From positions 224,001 to 288,000 of the forward strand of contig CAWHBU010000004.1 in assembly GCA_963827685.1 (NCBI GenBank): 64,000 nt of DNA, read 5' to 3'. The notes beneath the pieces were generated by a model, which made no database searches, had not been told where the DNA came from, and saw only the letters and a list, made by a program, of their open reading frames with translations. The number at the start of each line of letters is the position of its first letter. Position 1 is the stretch's first letter. The DNA comes from an uncultured delta proteobacterium (GTDB taxonomy: Bacteria; Desulfobacterota; BSN033; UBA1163). The translations under genes were made by a program, and so were the position numbers. Shown piece after piece: positions 1-10,215 of this stretch.

Positions 1-2409
1 ATGAATCAGAAGATCAAAAAGGCAGCGGTATTGGGGGCAGGGGTAATGGGAAGTGCGATCGCTGCCCATCTGGCGAATGTAGGAATCCCTTCCTTTCTCC
101 TCGATATTGTCCCACCGGAGATGACGGAGGCCGAAAAGAAGAAGGGCCTGACGTTGAAAAGCCCGGAGGTGAGAAATCGATTCGCCATCCAGGGGAAAAA
201 GAGAGTTCAGGAATCAAGTCCTGCGGGCCTCTATCTGAAAGAGGATGCAGGGCTCATGACCGTAGGAAACTTTGAAGATCATCTCTCCTGGGTTTCACAG
301 GCGGATTGGATCATCGAGGTGATCGTCGAAGATCTCAACGCAAAGAAAGACCTCTTCAAAAAATTGCTCCCCTTTCTAAAGGAAGGAACGGTGATCAGTT
401 CAAATACTTCCGGCATCTCCATTAATAAAATGTGTGAAGGATTCTCACGGGATTTCGCAGAAACGTTTTTAGGAACCCACTTTTTTAATCCGCCAAGGTA
501 TATGAAACTTTTAGAGATCATCCCAATCCGGTCAACCTCCAAAGGCGTCGTAGAAAGAATGGCCCATGTGGGCGAGAAGATTTTGGGAAAGGGAGTGGTC
601 TACGCAAAAGATACGCCTAACTTCATTGCCAATCGAATTGGAGCCTTTTCAAGCGCTGTTACCATTCGGACAATGATGGAAGAAGGCTACCGGATTGAAG
701 AGGTGGATAAGATCACAGGACCTGTCATGGGGAGGCCGAACAGCGCTACCTTCCGCACCGCCGATCTCGTGGGACTGGATGTCTTGGCCCACGTTTTCAA
801 AAACCTCTATGAGAACCTTCCCGAGGGGAAAGAGAGGGAATATTTCGTATTCTCTCCTTTTATCCAACAGATGGTAAAAAACCAATGGCTGGGTCAGAAG
901 ACAAAGCAGGGTTTTTATAAGAAGGTAAAAGGGGAGGGGAAAGAAGAGACGCTGGTTTTGGATTATGAAAAAGTCGATTACCGCCCCCAGGAGAAGGTAA
1001 ACCTTCCCTCTGTAGAAATGGCGAAAAATATTGAGGATGTTGGAGAACGGATGAAGAGCCTTGTCATGAGTCCTGATCGGGGAGGACAGTTCGCCTGGAA
1101 GATTATGAAGAAGACTCTACTCTATGCAGCAGAGAAGATTCCTGAAATTGCTGATGATGTCGTTAGTATCGATCGGGCCATGAGATGGGGATATAATCAG
1201 GAACTGGGACCCTTTGAGAGCTGGGATGCCATCGGCCTGAAATCCTCTGTGAAGAGGATGGAGAAGGAAGGGGAAGTCATCCCCCCGCTGTTGGAACAAC
1301 TCCTTAAGAAAGGGTATTCTTCTTTTTACGAAAAGAAGGATGGCCGTATCTTTTACTTTGACCTGGGAACAGGCAAATACCAGGAGGTCGAAGAGAAGCC
1401 AGAGATTATTCTTTTACCAAGCTTGAAAGACAGAAAGAAGACTGTTCTTTCAAACCCTGGAGCGAGTCTCGTGGATCTCGGAGACGGAGTGGCTTGCCTC
1501 GAATTTCATTCCAAGATGAACACCATTGGAGCAGATACCATCCAGATGATGAGGGATGCCCTCAAGGAGGTGGACGAGAAGTTTGAAGGGTTGGTTATAG
1601 GGAACCAATCAGAAAACTTCTCCGCTGGGGCAAACCTGATGCTTATCCTTTTTGAGATCCAGAACGAGAACTGGGATCGAATCGAGGAAGGTGTCAAGAG
1701 TCTTCAAGATACCCTGATGGCCCTCAAATATTTTCAGAAACCCGCCGTAGCCGCCCCATTTGGTCTGACTTTGGCAGGGGGTTGTGAAGTTTGCCTTTCT
1801 TCTTCCCTTGTTCGTGCGGCTGCGGAAACTTACATGGGCCTCGTCGAAGTGGGCGTGGGTCTCATTCCCGCAGGGGGCGGGACGAAAGAGATGTTGCTAC
1901 GGTGTACGGAAGGGATTCCTTCTGAGGTAGAGGCAGATCACTTTCCTTTCGTTCGCCGGGCCTTTGAAACAGTGGCTATGGCCAAGGTGGCGACCAGTGC
2001 AAAAGAGGCGCAGAGAATTGGCTTTATGAGATCGGCTGACAAGATTACGATCAATCGAGATCATCTCATCCACGATGCTAAACGGTCGGTGCTTCATCTC
2101 GTCGGAGAAGGCTATCAACCTCCTCGACCGAAAAAGAATATTAAGATTTTAGGAGAGAAGGGATATGCCCTTCTTCAACTCGGTCTCTTTACGATGAGGG
2201 AAGGCGGCTATATTAGCCCATACGATGAACATGTGGGGAAGAAATTAGCCTATATTTTTTCAGGGGGGAATTTGCCAGACGGAAGCGAGGTAACCGAACA
2301 GTATATCTTAGATTTGGAAAGGGAAGCCTTTGTGAGCCTTTGTAAAGAGCCCAAGACCCAGGAAAGAATTGGACATATGCTGAAAACTGGGAAGCCTTTG
2401 AGAAACTAA
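1..2409 (+). CDS. fadN: 3-hydroxyacyl-CoA dehydrogenase / enoyl-CoA hydratase (FadN-type)
   Basis: 802 aa; N-terminal GAGVMG Rossmann motif, HFFNPP, C-terminal crotonase domain (FSAGANL, GGCE, EVGVGLIPAGGG); followed by thiolase and acyl-CoA dehydrogenase. Confidence 0.9.
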   Translation: MNQKIKKAAVLGAGVMGSAIAAHLANVGIPSFLLDIVPPEMTEAEKKKGLTLKSPEVRNRFAIQGKKRVQESSPAGLYLKEDAGLMTVGNFEDHLSWVSQADWIIEVIVEDLNAKKDLFKKLLPFLKEGTVISSNTSGISINKMCEGFSRDFAETFLGTHFFNPPRYMKLLEIIPIRSTSKGVVERMAHVGEKILGKGVVYAKDTPNFIANRIGAFSSAVTIRTMMEEGYRIEEVDKITGPVMGRPNSATFRTADLVGLDVLAHVFKNLYENLPEGKEREYFVFSPFIQQMVKNQWLGQKTKQGFYKKVKGEGKEETLVLDYEKVDYRPQEKVNLPSVEMAKNIEDVGERMKSLVMSPDRGGQFAWKIMKKTLLYAAEKIPEIADDVVSIDRAMRWGYNQELGPFESWDAIGLKSSVKRMEKEGEVIPPLLEQLLKKGYSSFYEKKDGRIFYFDLGTGKYQEVEEKPEIILLPSLKDRKKTVLSNPGASLVDLGDGVACLEFHSKMNTIGADTIQMMRDALKEVDEKFEGLVIGNQSENFSAGANLMLILFEIQNENWDRIEEGVKSLQDTLMALKYFQKPAVAAPFGLTLAGGCEVCLSSSLVRAAAETYMGLVEVGVGLIPAGGGTKEMLLRCTEGIPSEVEADHFPFVRRAFETVAMAKVATSAKEAQRIGFMRSADKITINRDHLIHDAKRSVLHLVGEGYQPPRPKKNIKILGEKGYALLQLGLFTMREGGYISPYDEHVGKKLAYIFSGGNLPDGSEVTEQYILDLEREAFVSLCKEPKTQERIGHMLKTGKPLRN

Positions 2410-2500
2410 AATAATTTTAGCCATTGACAATTACTCAATAATCATAGATAATTAACCGTCGATCGTTGATTATTGATCAACGATCAATCTTGGAGGCATT

Positions 2501-3682
2501 ATGAAAGAGGCAGTGGTAGTTTCTGCGGTAAGGACGGCCGTTGGCAAGGCCCCTCGAGGCATATTGAGGGATACTCGGCCTGATGATGTGGCAGCGATCG
2601 TCATGAAAGAGGCTGCCGCAAGAGTTCCTGGCCTGAAATTGGAGGAAGTGGAAGACGTCGTCTTGGGCTGTGCCTTCCCTGAATCCGACCAGGGGTTGAA
2701 TCTTGCAAGAGTGGTGGCTATGATGGCTGGATTTCCTTACACGGTGGCAGGGCAAACTGTCAATCGATTCTGCTCCTCTGGACTTCAGGCCATTGCGACC
2801 GCCGCATATGAGATCATGGTAGGGGGGGCAGACGTGATCATTGCAGGAGGCGTGGAGTTTATGAGCCAGGTTCCGATGATGGGCCTGAGTCCATCGCCGA
2901 ATCCCTATTTAGCAGAGCATCATCCCCAGGCCTACACGCCTATGGGTCTCACAGCAGAAAATGTGGCTGCACAATTCGGGATCTCGAGAGAGGAACAGGA
3001 TCGTTTCGCCCTCTCGAGTCATCAGAAAGCAGCCAAAGCGATTCGGGAGGGGAAGTTTAAGGAGGAGATCGTTCCTATTCCTGCCAAGGTGAAGGAAGTC
3101 AAGGAGGATGGAACGATCACAGTCAAAGAGGTTCTTTTTGACACGGATGAAGGGGTGCGCTACGATGCTTCACTGGAAGGGATGGCTGCCCTGAAGCCAG
3201 CCTTTAAAGTCAAAGGTACGGTGACGGCTGGCAATTCTTCCCAGACGAGTGATGCGGCGGCTGCTCTCGTTTTGATGTCGAAGGAAAAGGCAGAGGCGCT
3301 GAAAGTTAAACCCATGGCTATCTTCCGATCCTTTGCTGTGGCGGGGGTTCCGCCCGAAATCATGGGGGTCGGCCCGGCTTATGCCGTTCCCAAAGCGCTG
3401 AAGAAGGCCGGCCTCACTCTTGATCAGATCGGACTCATTGAACTGAACGAAGCCTTTGCCTCCCAATCCCTCTATGTCATCCGGGAGTTGGGATTGAATT
3501 TAGAGATCGTGAATGTCAACGGAGGGGCCATTGCCGTAGGCCATCCTCTGGGATGTACCGGAGCAAAGCTGACCACTACCTTGCTCTATGAGATGAGACG
3601 AAGGAATGTTCGCTACGGCCTCGTGACCATGTGTATCGGAGGCGGGATGGGGGCTGCTGGCGTTTTTGAAAAAGCGGACTAA
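2501..3682 (+). CDS. fadA: acetyl-CoA C-acyltransferase (thiolase)
   Basis: NRFCSSG, NEAFA, GHPLG and CIGGGMG thiolase motifs; GGAGG RBS. Confidence 0.93.
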   Translation: MKEAVVVSAVRTAVGKAPRGILRDTRPDDVAAIVMKEAAARVPGLKLEEVEDVVLGCAFPESDQGLNLARVVAMMAGFPYTVAGQTVNRFCSSGLQAIATAAYEIMVGGADVIIAGGVEFMSQVPMMGLSPSPNPYLAEHHPQAYTPMGLTAENVAAQFGISREEQDRFALSSHQKAAKAIREGKFKEEIVPIPAKVKEVKEDGTITVKEVLFDTDEGVRYDASLEGMAALKPAFKVKGTVTAGNSSQTSDAAAALVLMSKEKAEALKVKPMAIFRSFAVAGVPPEIMGVGPAYAVPKALKKAGLTLDQIGLIELNEAFASQSLYVIRELGLNLEIVNVNGGAIAVGHPLGCTGAKLTTTLLYEMRRRNVRYGLVTMCIGGGMGAAGVFEKAD

Positions 3683-3756
3683 CAATTTTCAACGGACAAC
3701 GGTCAACGGAAAATATGGTATTGATTATTTTTAGTTCATCTTGAAAGGAGGATATT

Positions 3757-5535
3757 ATGGAACAGTTCGTTAAGGGGGGTGCGTTTTTGCTTGAATCGAT
3801 TTCTCCTCAGGAAGTCTTCACCCCGGAGGACTTTAATGAAGAGCAAAAGTTGATCGCGAAGGCAGTTACCGAATTTGTTGTAGGCGAAATTGTACCAGTG
3901 GCCGACGATATTGAGGCGAAGAAAGAAGGGCTGCTTTCAAGCCTGCTCAAGAAGGCGGGGGAGCTTGGGTTTCTCTCCGCAGACATCCCGGAGGAGTATG
4001 GGGGACAGGATTTGGATAAGATCAGTTCCCTCCTTGTCTGGGAGAAGATGGCCCAGGGAGGAGGTTCCTTCTCGGCCTCCTGCGGGGCTCACACCGGAAT
4101 TGGTTCTCTTCCACTTGTCTTCTTTGGCAACAAAGACCAGAAGAAACGTTATCTACCCAAAATGGCTACAGGAGAGTTTATTGCCGCTTATGCCCTGACA
4201 GAGCCCGAAGCAGGCTCGGATGCCCTGAACGCCAAGACGACGGCAACGCTCAGCCCAGATGGAAAATATTACATTCTGAATGGCCAGAAGCAGTTCATCA
4301 CCAATGGAGGAATTGCTGATACCTTCGTCACCTACGCCAAGGTGAATGGAGAAAAATTCACCGCCTTCATTGTCGAGAAGGCTTTCGAAGGGGTCTCGCT
4401 GGATGAGGAAGAGAATAAGATGGGGATGAAAGGGTCCTCGACACGAAGCGTTATCTTCACGGATGTCAAGGTTCCTGTGGCGAATCTTCTCGGGGATGTT
4501 GGAAGGGGCCACATCGTGGCTTTAAACGTCCTGAATATGGCACGTTTCCAGTTGGGTGCAGGCTGTCTGGGAGGGGCAAAGGCCGGCCTGCAGGAAGCGG
4601 TCACTTATGCAAAACAGAGGGTTCAATTCGGTCGGCCGATCGCTGAGTTTGGTTTGATCAAACAGAAGATTGGAGAGATGGCGATTCGATCCTTCATCAT
4701 GGAGAGCATGGTTTATCGGACAGGGGGTTTGACCGATCTGATTCTTCGGCGCATTGACCGCCATGCTGAAGATGTTGGGATTAAGATGGCAAACGGAATT
4801 GAGGAGTATAGCATTGAAGACTCGATCAATAAGATCTTTTGTTCAGAGAATGCGGGCTATATTGTGGATGAAGCCGTTCAGATCCACGGAGGGTACGGAT
4901 ACATTCATGAGTATCCTGTCGAACGGGGTTACAGGGACGAGCGGATTAACCGGATCTGGGAAGGGACGAATGAGATCAATCGCCTGACGATCGTGGACAT
5001 GTTGACCAAGCGGGCCATGAAGAATCGCCTTCCCGTGCTTGATGCAGCACAGAAGGTGGCGAATGAACTCCTCACGCTTCGGCCGAAAGTGGAAGTGGAT
5101 GATGAGAAACTGAGCTTGCAAAAGGAAATGGTGGAGATGTCAAAAAAGATTGCCCTCCTGGTCACAGGGGCAGCGGTTCAAAAGTATATGATGAAGTTGG
5201 CAGAAGAACAGGAGATCATGGGATTGATGAGCGATATCGCCATTCAGGTCTTCGCCATGGAAAGCGGCTTGCTTCGGGCATTGAAGTCGATGGAAAAGTT
5301 AGGAGATGAGAAATCCCAGATTCAGAAGGCCATGGTGAAGGTTTTTGTCAATGATGCCTTTGATCGGGTGGTGAGTTTCGCAAAGCAGGCATTCGCTGCC
5401 ATTGCCGAGGGTGATACGCTTAGGACACAATTGTCCGCCCTCAGAAAACTTAGTCAATTTCCCTCTGTGAATACGGTGGCTTTGAGACGGGGAGTTGCAG
5501 ATTACACGATTAAAGTAGGAAGATATCCATTTTAG
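3757..5535 (+). CDS. acyl-CoA dehydrogenase (long form)
   Basis: ALTEPEAGSD, NGQKQFITNG, QIHGGYGY, RIWEGTNEI; AAGGAGG RBS. Confidence 0.93.
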   Translation: MEQFVKGGAFLLESISPQEVFTPEDFNEEQKLIAKAVTEFVVGEIVPVADDIEAKKEGLLSSLLKKAGELGFLSADIPEEYGGQDLDKISSLLVWEKMAQGGGSFSASCGAHTGIGSLPLVFFGNKDQKKRYLPKMATGEFIAAYALTEPEAGSDALNAKTTATLSPDGKYYILNGQKQFITNGGIADTFVTYAKVNGEKFTAFIVEKAFEGVSLDEEENKMGMKGSSTRSVIFTDVKVPVANLLGDVGRGHIVALNVLNMARFQLGAGCLGGAKAGLQEAVTYAKQRVQFGRPIAEFGLIKQKIGEMAIRSFIMESMVYRTGGLTDLILRRIDRHAEDVGIKMANGIEEYSIEDSINKIFCSENAGYIVDEAVQIHGGYGYIHEYPVERGYRDERINRIWEGTNEINRLTIVDMLTKRAMKNRLPVLDAAQKVANELLTLRPKVEVDDEKLSLQKEMVEMSKKIALLVTGAAVQKYMMKLAEEQEIMGLMSDIAIQVFAMESGLLRALKSMEKLGDEKSQIQKAMVKVFVNDAFDRVVSFAKQAFAAIAEGDTLRTQLSALRKLSQFPSVNTVALRRGVADYTIKVGRYPF

Positions 5536-5541
5536 CAAGAT

Positions 5542-5606
5542 TTAGCATGGCCTGCCTGCCGTAGGCTCTGTACCTAATATGGTACAGGCCAGGCAGGTCA
5601 TGCTAA
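5542..5606. repeat. nested REP-like palindrome / possible terminator
   Basis: Outer stem TTAGCATG..CATGCTAA encloses CCTGCCTG..CAGGCAGG, which encloses CTGTACC-TAATAT-GGTACAG; lies between convergent genes. Confidence 0.6.
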
Positions 5607-5829
5607 CCCCTGTTTGAGGGCTTCCTTCACTCCTTCCTCGGATAAATCATACCATCCCCTGCAGGTTGCAAGCAGTACTTTGAAGGATGAAAATGTTGGG
5701 TTCCGGTTAGAGGTGGTTGTGTGTCAATGAGAAGGGATCAGAAGATATTCAGGTGTCCCAATTTTGGATTCCTACTTTCGTTAGAATGACACCCTTAATG
5801 GTTTATAAACGAATTAATGACTCAGAACT

Positions 5830-6579
5830 CTAAAGCCCCAGGTACGTTTTACGAACCACTTCGTCTTGAAGCAATTGCTCGCCAGTTCCTTGGGCGATAA
5901 TTTTTCCAGAGGAGAGGACATAGTTGCGGGAGGTCATTTTGAAGACCGTGCTCACATCCTGTTCAACGAGCAAGACGGTGATACCTAACTTGCTGATGTC
6001 TCCGATCTTCTGAAATACCTCTGCTCGCAAAATGGGGGCAAGACCTGTGGAGGGCTCATCAATGCACAACAGTTTGGGGTTAGACATCAATGCCCTGCCA
6101 ACGGCGAGCATTTGCTGCTCCCCGCCGGAGAGCGTCCCGGAGATCTGGCTTGACCGATCCTGGAGCGCGGGAAACAGTTGATAGACCTTGCCTAAGTTAA
6201 CCCGAACTTCATTTTTATCCTTCAATAGGTAAGACCCGACCATGAGATTATCGATCACCGTCATCTCTCGGAACGGCCTTCGCCTCTCCGGACAAAGGAT
6301 CAGACCTCGCTTAACGATTTCATGGGCAGGTATCTGATCGATTCGCTCTCCATCAAAGGTTACCGTACCCTCCAAAATCACCTCACCATGGGTTGACCTG
6401 CGAGTAAGCTCCCTCTCCCAGGCTACCAATCCGGTGATGGCTCTTAACAGGGTCGATTTGCCAGCCCCATTGGGACCCACGAGGCTGACCAGTTCACCCG
6501 TATCTACCCCCATGCTCAAATTGTTAATGAGCATGGCCTTGTCATACCACACCGATAAACTGACAACTTCAAGCAGCAC
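5830..6579 (-). CDS. livF: branched-chain amino-acid-type ABC transporter ATP-binding protein
   Basis: GPNGAGKST, LSGGEQQMLA, DEPSTGL, VEQ. Confidence 0.9.
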   Translation of the reverse strand: MLLEVVSLSVWYDKAMLINNLSMGVDTGELVSLVGPNGAGKSTLLRAITGLVAWERELTRRSTHGEVILEGTVTFDGERIDQIPAHEIVKRGLILCPERRRPFREMTVIDNLMVGSYLLKDKNEVRVNLGKVYQLFPALQDRSSQISGTLSGGEQQMLAVGRALMSNPKLLCIDEPSTGLAPILRAEVFQKIGDISKLGITVLLVEQDVSTVFKMTSRNYVLSSGKIIAQGTGEQLLQDEVVRKTYLGL

Positions 6580-6581
6580 GT

Positions 6582-7349
6582 CTAAATACCTCCTCCGCCG
6601 AGGTAGGCCTCAATCACTTGAGGATTTTTGATGACTTCATCGGACGTTCCGTCGGCAATGATGGTCCCGAAATTCAAGACGATAATACGATCCACGATCT
6701 TCATCAACCAGTGAAGCTGATGTTCGACGATGATCATGGCCGGTCCTTCACTGTGCAATCGACCGAAACGGCCACCCTTGTGCAGGCGCTTGATGGATTT
6801 GGCCATGAGCTCAGTCTCAGCAGGGCTCAGCCCCCCGAAAGGCTCATCCAAAAGGAGCAACTCGGGCTCCGTGGCCACGGCCCGCGCCACCTCCAGCCTT
6901 TTAAGGTCACCCTGTGACAGCGTAGAGGCGTTTTCCCGCGCCATGTCTGAAATGCCTGCGAATTCCAGGGCATCCATGGCCTTTGCCTCCAACCGCTTGA
7001 CCCATTCTCCCCTCTTCATGGCACGTGGGCACATGCAGGAAACCATGACGTTGGCGATGATAGGGAGTCGCCGGAAAGGTCTCATGTTTTGGAATGTACA
7101 AGCAATGCCCATATTGACGATATTCCATGTCTTGCGGCCTATGATTTCCTTTCCCATGAAACGGACGCTTCCGGCATCCGGCTTCAAAATTCCGGTGATC
7201 AGCCGCAGCAGAGTGGTCTTGCCAGCACCGTTTGGACCGATCAGACCAATGATCTGATCCCTTTCCATGGAAAAGCCGACGTCATTGACTGCCTGAAGAC
7301 CGCCGAAGGTTTTGGTGAGCCCTTTAATTTCAAGGAAGGATTGGGTCAT
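6582..7349 (-). CDS. livG: branched-chain amino-acid-type ABC transporter ATP-binding protein
   Basis: FGGLQAV, GPNGAGKTT, LLLDEP, VIEAYLG. Confidence 0.9.
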   Translation of the reverse strand: MTQSFLEIKGLTKTFGGLQAVNDVGFSMERDQIIGLIGPNGAGKTTLLRLITGILKPDAGSVRFMGKEIIGRKTWNIVNMGIACTFQNMRPFRRLPIIANVMVSCMCPRAMKRGEWVKRLEAKAMDALEFAGISDMARENASTLSQGDLKRLEVARAVATEPELLLLDEPFGGLSPAETELMAKSIKRLHKGGRFGRLHSEGPAMIIVEHQLHWLMKIVDRIIVLNFGTIIADGTSDEVIKNPQVIEAYLGGGGI

Positions 7350-7350
7350 A

Positions 7351-9060
7351 TCAGCTCTCTTCGCTCTCTTCCCTTAACTCCCTGCGTGAAACCTTTCCCA
7401 CGTCCGTCTTCGGGAGCTCACCGCGGAATTCGATAATCTTGGGAACTTTGTAGTGGGCGAGATTCTCTTTACAGAAGTTAATAATCTCCTCTTCAGAAAT
7501 TTTGCCCCGGGCCTCGCTTTCCAGAACCACATAGGCTTTGATGAGATTACCCACCTTTGGGTCGGGCACTCCCACGACGCCAGCGGCCTTGATTTGAGGA
7601 TGCTGAAAAAGGACCTCTTCGACATGTCTCGCGAAGACCGAATATCCTTTGAACTTGATGAGATCCCTTTTGCGGTCAAAGAAGTGGAAATAGCCTTCCT
7701 CATCCATGCTGACAAGATCTCCGGTTCTCAGCCACTTCTCCCCGTCAATTTCGATCAATGATTGGCGGGTTTCCTCCTCCCTTTTCCAATAGGCCTGCAT
7801 GATGTTCGGCCCGCTCAGAATCATTTCTCCAACTTCGCCAACCGGCAGGTAATCCATGCCTTCATGATTGATAATGGCGGCCTTCATGCTGGGGATGGGA
7901 ACCCCAAAAGAACCCCTCTTGGGCCTGAAACGAGGACTTCCGTGGCTCAGGCTGGTCGTTTCGGTCATCCCATACCCTTCTAAAATCTGTGACCCGGTTC
8001 TTCTCTCCCATGCTTCAACGGTTGAATCATGAAGGGTATCCGCACCGCAGGCGATCATTTTGAGCCGCTTCCAGTTGACCCTGTCCGTCTTTTCATATTC
8101 CTTGAGGTATTCAAACATGGTGGGCACACCATTGAACGCAGAGACCTGATATCTTTCCATGGCGGATAGGATGTCGTCTATATCCGGTGTGGTAAAGAGG
8201 ACCATGGTGAAGCCCCGAATAATACTTGCAAACATCACGACAACCTGGCCATAGATATGGAAAAAGGGTAAAAAGGCCATAACGATTTCGTTGCCTTCTT
8301 CAAAGAAAGGCCAGAATGCATGTCCCTGAGCCTGCATGGCCACCAAATTAGCGTGGGTGAGGACAGCTGCCTTGGGAAGCCCAGTGGTGCCCCCCGTGTA
8401 GGGAAGGATGGCAATATCTCTTGTCGGGTCGATAGTTACCTTGGGAGGCTGGGGCGGATATTTCTTGATGAGCTCCTGAAAATCAAGGAGACCGGCCTGT
8501 GCTCTGAACTCGGGGGTAGGAACCTGCAGTTCCGCATAGTCCTTTCCCAGCATCCCCTTACCCAAAACCTTCTTGAGCGTGGGCAAATATTCAAGAACAC
8601 TGGTGAGGATGACATTCTTCATGGCGATGCCGGTCTTCTCCACATTATCGTACAGGATGTCCTGACAGACGATGGTCGTCGCATCGCTGTCCTGGAGCTG
8701 ATGTTTTATTTCATGGCTGGTGTAGACGGGGCTGATGGGGGTGACTTTCGCGCCGATTCTCAAGGCCGCGAAATAGGCGATGACATACTGCGGGCAATTG
8801 AGGAGGAAGAGGGCGACCGTATCTCCCTTCTTTACTCCTAAAGAAGTCAGGGCCGTGGCAAAACGGTCGATCAGCTCTTTCAGGTCTGCATAGCTGACCT
8901 TTTTCCCGTAGAAGATTAATACGGTCTTCTTGCCGTATTTTTCTGCTACCTGATAAAAGAGGTCGGGAACGGATACGTTGGGTATGTCCACGGTCTCAGG
9001 GACACCTTCGGGATAGTACTTCAGCCAGGGTTTTGAAGCGTAAACTTCCTTTGCATTCAT
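7351..9060 (-). CDS. long-chain-fatty-acid/aryl-CoA ligase (AMP-binding)
   Basis: YTGGTTGLPK, EGYGMTET, RTGDL, PKTDVGK adenylate-forming motifs. Confidence 0.92.
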   Translation of the reverse strand: MNAKEVYASKPWLKYYPEGVPETVDIPNVSVPDLFYQVAEKYGKKTVLIFYGKKVSYADLKELIDRFATALTSLGVKKGDTVALFLLNCPQYVIAYFAALRIGAKVTPISPVYTSHEIKHQLQDSDATTIVCQDILYDNVEKTGIAMKNVILTSVLEYLPTLKKVLGKGMLGKDYAELQVPTPEFRAQAGLLDFQELIKKYPPQPPKVTIDPTRDIAILPYTGGTTGLPKAAVLTHANLVAMQAQGHAFWPFFEEGNEIVMAFLPFFHIYGQVVVMFASIIRGFTMVLFTTPDIDDILSAMERYQVSAFNGVPTMFEYLKEYEKTDRVNWKRLKMIACGADTLHDSTVEAWERRTGSQILEGYGMTETTSLSHGSPRFRPKRGSFGVPIPSMKAAIINHEGMDYLPVGEVGEMILSGPNIMQAYWKREEETRQSLIEIDGEKWLRTGDLVSMDEEGYFHFFDRKRDLIKFKGYSVFARHVEEVLFQHPQIKAAGVVGVPDPKVGNLIKAYVVLESEARGKISEEEIINFCKENLAHYKVPKIIEFRGELPKTDVGKVSRRELREESEES

Positions 9061-9172
9061 TTCCTTATCCTCACACTTTTTTTCTTCCTCTTCGAGAGGG
9101 AGATTTTTGACCCGATCAATGATGACGGATATCCGTCATCAAGTAATTTCTTAATCAAGTATCCTTCTATTC

Positions 9173-10213
9173 CTAATCCAGCGGTGCCGTACACACGCGG
9201 CATGTATCACGCGTGGCGATATTTCTGATTTTGCACCGGGGACACTCCTTTTCTATCTTGTCCCGCAGCCAACGAAAAAGTCCATCAGGCATATAGAGAA
9301 GAATCAAGAGGACCACACATGCGAACATCAATGCCCGGTATTCTTGCCAGAAGCGCAGAAACTCCAACAAGGGAAAGAGGATGAATACCGCCCCAACCGG
9401 GCCATAGATAGTCACAACACCGCCGAAGATAGCCCAGATGACCACCGTAAAGGACAAGGACACTTCGAGGGTAGAAGGGCCTGCGATCCTCATAAAATGT
9501 GCATAGAGTCCCCCGGATATCCCGGCAAAAAAACCGCTAAGGCAGAAGGCCAAAAGTTTGTAGCGTGTCGTGTTGACGCCGGCGGCCCTGACAGCCAGTT
9601 CATCCTCCCGAATGGCATGGAAAATAATGCCGGTATTGGAGTCGGTTATCTTCCACATAATAGTGCACAGGCCGAGCATCACTACGACTACAGTGTAGTA
9701 ATCAGCGACCCGAGACTGGGTCAGCCGGACAATCCCTGAAATCCCTAATTCTCCACCCGTGAGGTCGGGAAAGGCAAAAACGAGGCCCAGCAGGATGATG
9801 GGGAATGCAAGGGTGGTGAGGGCCAGATACGTACCTCTGAGCCTGAGGGATGGTATCCCTATGATAAGGCCTGCCAGAACTGCACCCAACGCGCCAAGGG
9901 GAATGGTGCCCCATGGAGGGATATTCGCGTGACGATTGAGCAACGCTGCGCCGTAGGCCCCCACGCCAAAGAAGAGGGCATGCCCGAAATTCATTTGGCC
10001 GGTAAAACCGGAGAGCAGATCCCAACTCGCAGCTAGTATGGCAAAGATACTGGTGAGAGTGAAGATGCGCAGGAGGTAGGTATCCTTGGTAAACACAGGT
10101 AAGAGGAGCAGAAAGAGGAAAAAGAGCACGACGACGACACGGGATGGGAGAACAAGTACTTCGTTTTTGACTACGGTAAACAATTTTCTCAGGTAAAATA
10201 GAATGAGGTCCAT
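9173..10213 (-). CDS. livM: ABC transporter permease (LivM-type) with C-terminal CxxC..CxxC tail
   Basis: GFTGQMNFGHA, LRLRGTYLALTTLAF, AIREDE; start set at MDLILF (10213), just after the livH stop. Confidence 0.85.
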   Translation of the reverse strand: MDLILFYLRKLFTVVKNEVLVLPSRVVVVLFFLFLLLLPVFTKDTYLLRIFTLTSIFAILAASWDLLSGFTGQMNFGHALFFGVGAYGAALLNRHANIPPWGTIPLGALGAVLAGLIIGIPSLRLRGTYLALTTLAFPIILLGLVFAFPDLTGGELGISGIVRLTQSRVADYYTVVVVMLGLCTIMWKITDSNTGIIFHAIREDELAVRAAGVNTTRYKLLAFCLSGFFAGISGGLYAHFMRIAGPSTLEVSLSFTVVIWAIFGGVVTIYGPVGAVFILFPLLEFLRFWQEYRALMFACVVLLILLYMPDGLFRWLRDKIEKECPRCKIRNIATRDTCRVCTAPLD

Positions 10214-10215
10214 GT

